From the NCBI GenBank assembly GCA_951406725.2, contig OX597816.1, forward strand, positions 63,922,001 to 63,986,000: a stretch of DNA of 64,000 nt, read 5' to 3'. Positions 54,711-64,000 of this stretch are shown in pieces. Position numbers and translations under genes: made by a program. Every line of letters begins with the position of its first letter. Position 1 is the first letter of the stretch. The stretch comes from Octopus vulgaris. Lineage: Eukaryota. The notes under the pieces are model-generated. The model worked only from the letters and a program-made list of their open reading frames with translations. It had not been told where the DNA came from and searched no databases.

Positions 54711-57227
54711 ATGGATTTTACAGGTAAGATAGAACCGCTGTTTTGGGATTCATCTTTGAAAGATATTCCTATTCCTTCTAGAAAGGAATTTATCTTGAAA
54801 CTTGTTAATAATGTTAAAGATTTTATTTCTAGAATTAAATGGAAAGCTTTTTACTCTAATTTTTATTTATTTAATGATATTGATAGTAGGAATGATAATT
54901 TTACCTCTAAATTTAAATCTAGAAAGGAACCTCCATTTAATAAAGAATTACAATTACTTGAAGATAGTATATGGAAGGTGGTAAAAAATATTGAATTCCA
55001 TAAATACCCAAATAGAAATAATGAATATTTAAGGAATTTAGCAATTAAAATTAAAGATATGAGAAATATGAATGGTATTATAGTACAATCTGATAAAACA
55101 AGGAACTTATATAAATTAGATGTTAAATTATATGATAAACTATTAGGGAAAGAAATAATTAAAAAATATAAAATTGTTCCAGATGATATTCTTTATAATA
55201 TTAATAAGGCCTCTAAAGTAGTAATGTTAAAATATGAGTTGGATAATAAAACTGAACCTTATGTACCTTTGCACCCCAGAATTACTCTTAAAGACCATAA
55301 AGATAATTTTTATTCAGACCCTAAAGTTAGATTAATTTGCCCATGTAAATCGGACCTAGGTAAATTAAGTAAATTTATTTTAGATAAATATATTGATAAG
55401 TTAAATAAACTTAATTATTTAAAATTATGGTTTAGTAATAATAATACATTGAAATGGTTTAATAATATTAAAGATAAAAATCGTTATAAATTTATTCAAA
55501 TAGATATAGATAATTATTATTCTTCTATTAATGAAATTGTGTTTAATAAAGCGCTTATTTTCGCAATGAATAAAGTGGGTATGTCACGGGAAGAAGTTAA
55601 TATAATTAAAATGGCTAGGAAATCGCTAATTAAATATAAAAATAAATTATGGGCTAGGAATGATACTAGAGATTGTTTTGATATACCTATGGGAGCACCA
55701 GATTCTGCACAGGCTACTGATTTAGTAGGTATTTTTCTTTTATCTGAACTCCAATTAGAAAATCTTAAGATAGAGGGTGGTTTATATAGAGACGATCTTC
55801 TACTAGTTACAAAGAATTGTACTAATAGGAATCTAGAAGTATATAAGAAAAAACTATATAGTTTCTTTAAAAGATATGGTTTAAGTATTACTATATATAA
55901 GGAGAATTATAATGTTAATTATTTAGATGTTAATTTTAATCTTATTACAGGTAAAACACAACCATATCATAAACTTAATGAGAACCTTAGATATATAAAT
56001 GTTAATAGTAATCACCCATTTTCTATTAAAAAATCGTTGATTAATAATATAAGTAAACGTATTTCATTACTCTCTTATGATATAGAGATTTTTAATAAAC
56101 ATGCTAATTATTATAATGAGGCCCTTAGAGGGGCAGGTTATAATAGGAATATTAAATTTTATAATATTAGTGATAAAGATTTAATTGTTAATTTTCGAGA
56201 TACTTCTAATAATAATTATAATTTTGTTAGGTTTAGTGGTAAAAATAATAGATATTATAAAAAAAATAATAAAAATGATAAAAATATAAATAAGAATAAT
56301 AATAATAATAATAAATATAATAATAATAATATAAATAAGAATAATAAAAATAAAAATAAATTTAATAATTATTATAATAATTATATTGATAAATTTAATA
56401 ATATTAATAATTCCTTAAATGCTGTACATAGATATAATTCTGATAATAATTTTAATAAAATAAAGAATTATAAATATATTTATAATAATGATAATAATAA
56501 TAAGGTTAATAAGAATAAAATTTGGTTAATAGTTCCTTATGGAGATCAAGTAAAAACGAATATTATTAAAGAGATTTTAGATGTTATAGAACTATTTATT
56601 AGAGATAATCGTAAATATAGAAACATTTTCTCTTTTAATAATTTTGGAGTTGGTTACTCTACCACTAATAATGTTGGTAACATTATTTCTTCATTTAATA
56701 AATATAAACTGAATAATTTTTATAAAAAGAAATTATTTGATAATAATATTAATAATGATAAGACTTATATTAATTGTACATGTAGAGATAAATCTAATTG
56801 TATATTAAATAATAATTGTGATATTAACGATGTAGTGTATAAATGTATAGTTACATTACATGATAATAACTTTAAGAATAATAATTACACAAAAGCGGTT
56901 TATATAGGTTCTACTTCCTCAAAAATAAAACTAAGAATCGCACAACATATGAATTCTTTTAAAAATAAAAACTTAATCAACTCAACCGGACTTAGTAAGT
57001 ACATTTGGAGTCTTAAATCACTAAATATTAATTATAGTTTAATTTGGGAAACAATTTGTAAAACTAAATCATATACTATAGGAGCTAATTGTTGTTATTT
57101 ATGCTCTAATGAGTTTAAAGAAATTTTATTTTATAAGTATAATAATTTACTTAATACTGGTGAAGAGCGCAAAATAAAATGCAGACATAAGTTACTTTAC
57201 CTATATAATAAGTTTCATGATAAATAG
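54711..57227 (+). CDS. PLE polyprotein, 838 aa: reverse transcriptase + C-terminal GIY-YIG endonuclease (Hydra-clade-like)
   Basis: SDKT motif, KVRLICP, IDIDNYYSSI, IPMGAPDSA, LYRDDLL, YLDVNF, YINVNSNHP; CTCRDKSNC linker; VVY...VYIGST..KLRIAQH; CYLC and KCRH at the C-terminus; uninterrupted frame. Confidence 0.93.
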   Translation: MDFTGKIEPLFWDSSLKDIPIPSRKEFILKLVNNVKDFISRIKWKAFYSNFYLFNDIDSRNDNFTSKFKSRKEPPFNKELQLLEDSIWKVVKNIEFHKYPNRNNEYLRNLAIKIKDMRNMNGIIVQSDKTRNLYKLDVKLYDKLLGKEIIKKYKIVPDDILYNINKASKVVMLKYELDNKTEPYVPLHPRITLKDHKDNFYSDPKVRLICPCKSDLGKLSKFILDKYIDKLNKLNYLKLWFSNNNTLKWFNNIKDKNRYKFIQIDIDNYYSSINEIVFNKALIFAMNKVGMSREEVNIIKMARKSLIKYKNKLWARNDTRDCFDIPMGAPDSAQATDLVGIFLLSELQLENLKIEGGLYRDDLLLVTKNCTNRNLEVYKKKLYSFFKRYGLSITIYKENYNVNYLDVNFNLITGKTQPYHKLNENLRYINVNSNHPFSIKKSLINNISKRISLLSYDIEIFNKHANYYNEALRGAGYNRNIKFYNISDKDLIVNFRDTSNNNYNFVRFSGKNNRYYKKNNKNDKNINKNNNNNNKYNNNNINKNNKNKNKFNNYYNNYIDKFNNINNSLNAVHRYNSDNNFNKIKNYKYIYNNDNNNKVNKNKIWLIVPYGDQVKTNIIKEILDVIELFIRDNRKYRNIFSFNNFGVGYSTTNNVGNIISSFNKYKLNNFYKKKLFDNNINNDKTYINCTCRDKSNCILNNNCDINDVVYKCIVTLHDNNFKNNNYTKAVYIGSTSSKIKLRIAQHMNSFKNKNLINSTGLSKYIWSLKSLNINYSLIWETICKTKSYTIGANCCYLCSNEFKEILFYKYNNLLNTGEERKIKCRHKLLYLYNKFHDK

Positions 57228-58144
57228 CAATAATAGTTCCCTTTTAGGTTACTTTAGTTTAGTTTAAATTAGTTTAGTTAATATTTTTGGTTATGTTGTC
57301 TAGGCTTTAATTATAGTTAGTCTTTATTGATATTTCTTTGTTTTAATTAGTTCATTTTTAATGTATATTAATTTAACAGTTTATGGTATGTTAAAACTTT
57401 AATAATTTATATTAGATTTTTTTATTTTCTTTATTTATATATTTTTTTATTTTTTATTTTTTTATTTTTATTTTATTTTATTATGTATTTTTATTATGCA
57501 TTTGTTATATGTATTTTGGAGGATATATTTATATGTTGATGGGTGTTATTTAGTGGTGTTTTTATTGAGTTTTGTATGTATGTGTGAATGTTTATGATCC
57601 CTTTGTTTTTTGTTTTTTATTTGGTATGTTGAATTGACAGATTTTATTTGGGTATTGTCTGTTATAATAAAGTACACACACCCATAACAAATATAAGTGC
57701 CCACTTCATTCGCTGTACCTGGAATTGCATGTGAGCCTCAACATATACACCTAACGGCCACTCCCGGCCCACACGGATAAATAAACACATACATCCCCAA
57801 AAATGGGCGTAATCCCACTCACACCAATCATATGTATACAATTATACACACTAGAATAATACATAACTAACCCAAATATACAGAACATACCAAAGATCAC
57901 CAACTAACCACCATCACAAATGAAACCCACACCCATACAATGACAAAACTCCCCCTCCATACCCAATTTACACCCACATAGCAATCCCAATATATTCATC
58001 CATACATGGACGCACGTGCGTGAATATACACATGGAGACTACTACACAGGTATAAATGTGTATAGTAATGGGAGCCCCATCACTACACTCAATGTATACT
58101 CTCACCCATCCGCACGGATGTGAAAGTGAATCTCCGGTGTATAT

Positions 58145-60652
58145 GTTGAGGCTTATATGTAGCGCTGTGGAGGCGAACGTCGTTGAAATTGTGAATGAAT
58201 GGGTGGAGTTGGGAATTGTAACCGGGTGGTGGACTAGCGTTGCTTGGAATTGTGAATGGAATAGTGTAGTAGTGAGGTAGGCATCGAGAATAGGTTTGGG
58301 TTACTGCAAGTTGTTTGTTAGAGCTGCTAAGGTGAGCTAAAGCTCATAAATGTATATAATGATTTTGCATGGTAGTTTTTTAAAGAATCCATTCATAATA
58401 AATTTTTTTAAGTAGTGTTGGTTTGCCACGTGGATATAGTTTTTAGTTCCATTTATTCTATTTCTCCATTCATAATTTAAATGACGTTTACTTTCCATGG
58501 CGCGTATTCTTTTTTTAACATAAGTTATTTCTATGGTAACGTAATTGGTTTGATTTTTTTAACGGCTAAGAATTTAATTTCACTTCATAATTTGAAACTG
58601 ACTTGTAAGTATGTATTTTATTTATCCTTATGTCATATTGTTATTTTTGATATTCTGGTTAATTACGATGTATTTAATGTTGTTTTCATAGGAGTGTTTA
58701 TGTATATGAGATTGTGTGTGAGTTTTTAGTTGTAAAATTTATTTATCTGTATGAGTGTGGGTGTGTAAATATTGTTGTATATATCGAGTTTAGTGAGTAT
58801 GTATATGCGTATATGTGAGGGAGTATATGTATCTGTTGTGTGTGTGTGTTTTGCGTATGTGTGTGTTTGTGTGTGAATGTGTATATGGGTTTGTTATTTA
58901 GGTTTTGGGATGTATGTGTTAATTTGTCTGTGTGGGGAGGAGTGGGTTTTGGTGTATATTGAGGTTTATAAGTTAGTATAGGTATGTGTATAAGTCGTGG
59001 GTCTGAGGTTTATGTGTGTGTATTTGTGTGTGAATGTTTAGGTTAGGGGGATTGCTATATAGGTTTGTTATAGAGTTTAGCAAAGGGAGATTTTATCGTT
59101 ATATGTTTTTAAGAGTTTTGGTTTATCATGGTTTTTTTTAGGGAATTCGTGGTAATTTGTCTATTTTCGATTTTGGTTGTTTTATTACATTGTTTCATTC
59201 ATAATGTTTGAGTGGTGTTCGTTTTGCCACGTGAATATTATTTTTAATTCCATTTATTCCATTTCTCCATTCATTAATTTAGAGATGTTCGTTTCCAGAG
59301 CGGTTATACTTTTTATACATATGTTAAGTTCCTTGGTAAAGTAATTTTGTTTGGTGTATATGTTGAGGCTTATATGTACTTGTGGGTGTGTGTGAGTGGG
59401 GTGGGTGTTTGTATTTGTTATGGGTGTGTGGTTTATGTGTGTGTATTTGTGTGTGAATGTATAGGTTAAAGGGATTGTTATATAAGTATGTTATAGTGTT
59501 TAGTAAAGGGAGGTTTTATCATTTCTGTTTTGTGAGTTTTAGATTATCATGGTAGTTTTATAAAAGAATCCATTCATAATTTTTGTGTTTTTTTGTCTGT
59601 GTGGGGTTGAGTGGGTTTTTGGAGTATATGTTGAGGTTTATATGTATGTATTGGTATGTGTAAGTGGTGTGGGTATTTGTATATGTCGTGGGTGTGTGGT
59701 TTACGTGTGTGTATTTATGTGTGAATGTTTAGGTTAGGGGGATTGCTATATAGGTATGTTATAGAGTTTAGTAAAGGGAGATTTTATCATTATATGTTTA
59801 TATGAGTTTTGGTTTATCATGGTGGGTTTGTTAAGGAATTCGTAGTAATTTGTGTCTATTTGCGATGTCTGTTGTTTTATTGCATTGGTTCATTCATAAT
59901 TTTTAAGTAGTGTTCGTTTTACCAAGTGAATATAATTTTTAATTTCATTTATTCCATTTCTCCGTTCATAATTTTGAGTGATGTCCGTTTTCTAGAGCGT
60001 GAATGTGGGTTGTATGTGTGTGTGTGTGGGAGTATGAATAAGTATTGTGTTGAAGTATTTAGCTATTTTATTTATTTATAGTTGCCTAGACGTTTTTATG
60101 TGTATGTATAGGGATATATATATAGGTGTGTGATTTAGTGTATGTAGTTATATATGGTTATATATAATTAGGTATATGTGTATGGGTGTATATATAGTTT
60201 ATTATTATATTATTATTATTTTTTGTTTTGTTTTATATTTTATATTTTATATTTTATATTTAATTGTTGATAGGTTTATTTTAGTTTATATATTGTTTAT
60301 ATATTGATTATATATGGATTATATATAGGTTATATATGGATTATATATTTATATTTTTTCATTCATACTTTAATTATTTTAAAATTATTATTTTTATATT
60401 TTAAAATATTGATATTTTAGATTGGAAGTCCACCTGAAGATTGTCGATCAAGACAAGAAACGATTGTAGTGGCGGTTTTTTTGACTATTTATTAAAATTT
60501 TATGTATTGATTAAGTCTTTCCTTGTTTGTTTTGCAAAATAGTGGTTTTGTCTCTAATAATATTTTATAATATTTTACTATAAAATTGGATTTAATCCTA
60601 AATCTGATTTTTTTCCCTGTAAATTTGGATTTATTCCCTAATATTTATTATT
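58145..60652 (+). repeat. Downstream pseudo-LTR
   Basis: Direct repeat of 52147-54656; inverted copy at 46408-48833. Confidence 0.9.
60430..60472 (+). ncRNA. Minimal type I hammerhead ribozyme (downstream pLTR)
   Basis: Identical to 54434-54476. Confidence 0.82.
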
Positions 60653-60677
60653 ATATATATATATATATATATACATA

Positions 60678-60719
<42 letters not shown>

Positions 60720-60907
60720 TATATATATAATATATATATATATACGACCGGCTTCTTTCAGTTTCCATCTACCAAATCCACTCATAAGCCTTTGGTCGGC
60801 CCGAGGCTAGAGTAGAAAACACTTGCCCAAAGTGCCAAGCAGTGGGATTAAAACCGGAACCATGTGGTGAGTAAGCAAGCTACCTACCACACAGCCACTC
60901 TTGCGCC
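60653..60907 (-). mobile_element. SINE family A, 5' half (continuation of 46175-46407)
   Basis: (TA)n followed by CGACCGGCTTCTTTCAGTTTCC...ACCACACAGCCACTCTTGCGCC. Confidence 0.85.
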
Positions 60908-60918
60908 AAATGTGTGAC

Positions 60919-60977
60919 GCTTACAGCACCTAAGTTTCCCAAACAGTCACCAAGCGGTCACCCATCTAAGTACTAAC
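60919..60977 (-). pseudogene. 5S rRNA 3'-half fragment
   Basis: Minus strand reads GTTAGTACTTAGATGGGTGACCGCTTGG...TGGGAAAC..GGTGCTGTAAGC, matching the metazoan 5S internal control region and 3' end, with a small internal duplication. Confidence 0.7.
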
Positions 60978-60990
60978 TATTATTACTATA

Positions 60991-61373
60991 GGAAGCACTC
61001 CGTCGGTTACGACGACGAGGGTTCCGGTTGATCCGAATCAACGGAACAGCCTGCTCGTGAAATTAACGTGTAAGTGGCTGAGCACTCCACAGACACGTGT
61101 ACCCTTAACGTAGTTCTCGGGGATATTCAGCGTGACACAGAGAGTGACAAGGCCGGCCCTTTGAAATACAAGGTACAACAGAAACAGGAAGTAAGAGTGA
61201 GAGAAAATTGTGGTGAAAGAGTACAGCAGGGATTACCACCATCCACTGCCGGAGCCTCGTGGAGCTTTAGGTGTTTTCGCTCAATAAACATTCACAACGC
61301 CCGGTCTGGGAATCGAAACCGCGATCCTATGACCGCGAGTCCGCTGCCCTAACCACTGGGCCATTGCGCCTCC
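60991..61373 (-). mobile_element. SINE family C, tail type 2, full length
   Basis: Complete tRNA head; near-identical to 42982-43346. Confidence 0.85.
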
Positions 61374-61827
61374 ACTTCTGTTTTCTATATATAGAAATTT
61401 GAACTAACAAAAATGTTCACAGAAATTGTTGGGAAGAATACGAAGAACGAAAAACTCTTCCTCCAGTTATTAAATATGTTTTGGTTATGTAAATACGACA
61501 GAGCCTGCATAGAGTCATGCATGGTTTCATGCATGGTTTAAAATCTCGATAAAATAAGTATAGGAAAGACTGTAGAATAATTTATTTATCTCGGCACCCG
61601 AGACTTTTTAAGGTCGTTTATCCAGTCCCCTTGCTGTATAAACGTATAGGTGGTCGAGATTACGACGTATCATTGAACGGACGACAGCCCGTTACAGGCA
61701 TTAAGGTCAGAAATCCTTTGACGGGAGGAAGCAAATCGATTACACTCATTCCAGTACTTGACTGATGCGTTTATTTTATCGATCTGGCAGACATGAAATG
61801 CAAAGGTTGATCTTGGAAGGATTCGAA

Positions 61828-61947
<120 letters not shown>

Positions 61948-61949
61948 TT

Positions 61950-62515
61950 AAATGCCTTGAATGCAGTACCAGGCAGTGGCTCTCATGGCTTCTGATCTTG
62001 ACTTATTGGAAGTGTTATCATGTACATTGTTTTGTCTTGGTATAAAAGATCGGCTACAGCAAATATTCTGCTCAATACCACATATTCGCTTTTCAGTTGT
62101 TTGACCTTAACCAGTTGATCATGTCCCTTATTGTCTGATAATATGTGCACCTCTGATCACAAGCAGAAGTAGTTGGGGAGGATCGTAGCCATGTGTTAAG
62201 AGGGATTCTTTGGGGTTTGAATAATTCACCTTTGGAAACATGGGGGTTTTGTTCATCATCCTTAAATAACCCTTATTGAAGGAACTTTTGAGCGCGATGG
62301 GCTATTCGACCAGAAGAAAAATCTAACTGACCCCCACCTGAAAGGTCATGAGCTGTTTATCATCTTTATCTTCATATGAGATCCCTATGTCGCACACATA
62401 TGATTGTGATGCATGGGCCTGGTGCATTCATACGGGTAGTCCTAATGTGTATACTGGGCTTCGTAAATTTTACTCCAGTGTCACTTTGATGGCATGCTCT
62501 GCTGTCTCACTCAAT
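61950..62515. mobile_element. ~565-bp non-coding insert flanked by (TAA)n on both sides
   Basis: Sharp (TAA)n boundaries, higher GC than flanks, no credible ORF. Confidence 0.45.
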
Positions 62516-62516
62516 G

Positions 62517-62555
<39 letters not shown>

Positions 62556-62799
62556 TTAGTGATAGTAGTAATGGTTGTGGTGGTGTTGGTGGTAGTGGCG
62601 GTGGCGGCAGAGCCCAATGTAAGGAAACATTGGTTGTGACAGTTAGGAACGACGGAGAATTGAGAGCGGAGAAAAATGGAGACAAAAGAAGTACAAAAAG
62701 AATATGAAGAAGAATTATGCAAGAATGGACTACACACCAAGTTCCATGTTACAGAATGTATTTAGATGTGTATAGCGGTTCGTATCCCTAAAGTTGAAA

Positions 62800-63000
62800 C
62801 CAGTTTAGTTTCTCAATTTTTTCTCCCTCTTCGACTAATACCTTTAGCCAAAACATTAAACATAACTGAACTCGGAAATATGGTTTTTGGAGACATTCAG
62901 GCAACCAACTATTGTCTGCCATTGAAAGCGGCAGACGATAAGCAAGTTGAAACGCCATTACGGAAAAAACACGGATTTATGAATAGAAACAAGACGTTCT
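62800..63000 (+). pseudogene. Old R4/Dong-type RT relic
   Basis: LIPLAKTLNITELG...AADDKQVETPLRKKHGF aligns with LSPLSDMLNRTGCG...AANDKQLETLLKTVHGF. Confidence 0.6.
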
Positions 63001-64000
63001 GATGAAGATGTGAGGTGTATACTTGCAAAAGACAAACGATAGAAATATAGAACAGAGGAGCACAAGAGAAAAAAAGCCATAGCAAAGATTTCGTACAGAA
63101 ACAAATAAAGTAATCGACACGAGGGTAGATAAGTCTTCCAGATAATTGTTTTTAAAAAGTCAACAAAAATACTCACATACGAGGACGAAATATCAACAAA
63201 AATACAACATACGAGGACAAAGTAAAACGTAGGTCATGAAATGATTACTACAGACAATACTCGTATGATTCAACATCAGCCTCAAATTATAGGTTACATA
63301 AAGAAATCATTAGAGAAATGAAGACATTACTTTGAAAATTACTTCAGTGAAAATAATATAAGTCTAAATTTGACTTCTAAATGCATGAGAAACATTTTGA
63401 AAAGATATTTGTGAAATGAAGCTAAGCTAAACATAAGAAAAGAGGAAAAAAAGCTAGTTAGAATACTTTAAATGTTTCAGAAAGGCCCGCAAAATATTAT
63501 AATACCTGTTTTAAGTAGCTTCGTCACTGAAAACATCATCGCATTGAACATAGATTATCATTAAAAATATAGTGTACTGTCACACAATATCTATCTTTAA
63601 TAACCCACTCGCCAAAACAAATCCAGAAGAAGGACCGAGATGACATCAGCCTGATTGGGGAATAATGAGCAAGCTCTCAAAAAAGAAAAAAATCTGTCGG
63701 AGGTGGAATTAACTACTGCCAAATTACATGCTTGACTTACAATTCTTTGTCAGTACTACCAAATTAATAACTGAACATTTACAAAACCAAAACTGAGATG
63801 TGCAAGTTATGTTGTTCACAACAAGATGGGGAAGTTGACCACCTCAACTGACTAGCTCAATTTTAATAAAAAGCTAGTGATTGATACAAAAAGATGTTAA
63901 AGGATATACCTTTTCAAAGTAATGGAAGTACATCAATTTGATAGCATTATTCCGAACTCCAGTAGAACAATAGTGAAGATGTGGCTAATAATTCTTACGG

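Larger units (their letters stand above)
46408..60652. mobile_element. Penelope-like element complex insertion (inverted arm + partial tandem), ~14.2 kb
   Basis: 46408-52145 is the reverse complement of ~55137-60568 plus 301 bp; 52147-54656 is a direct repeat of 58145-60652; (TA)n at both ends. Confidence 0.93.

Overview
AT-rich eukaryotic DNA dense in microsatellites and SINEs. The SINE types and repeat landscape resemble an octopus (coleoid cephalopod) genome; this is an inference. No intact host gene, CRISPR array or prokaryotic feature is supported, and most ORF-track entries are microsatellite translations. The window is a nest of mobile elements: (1) a very young ~14.2 kb Penelope-like element (PLE) complex at 46408-60652, with an intact 838-aa RT + GIY-YIG ORF, ~2.5 kb pseudo-LTRs, a 5.7 kb inverted arm and three copies of a minimal type I hammerhead ribozyme, inserted into the (TA)n core of a SINE; (2) a non-coding ~555-bp tandem/inverted repeat at 9083-10451 with its own hammerhead-like motif (retrozyme-like candidate); (3) a full-length, frameshifted L1/Tx1-type LINE inserted with a 9-bp TSD into the tRNA-derived head of a SINE; (4) an R4/Dong-type RLE retrotransposon array in (TAA)n; (5) mariner, maT-like and hATm-like DNA transposon relics; (6) at least four tRNA-derived SINE families, including a tetramer and tail-swapped variants; (7) a 5S rRNA fragment. 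Coordinates were read by eye and may be off by a few bases.
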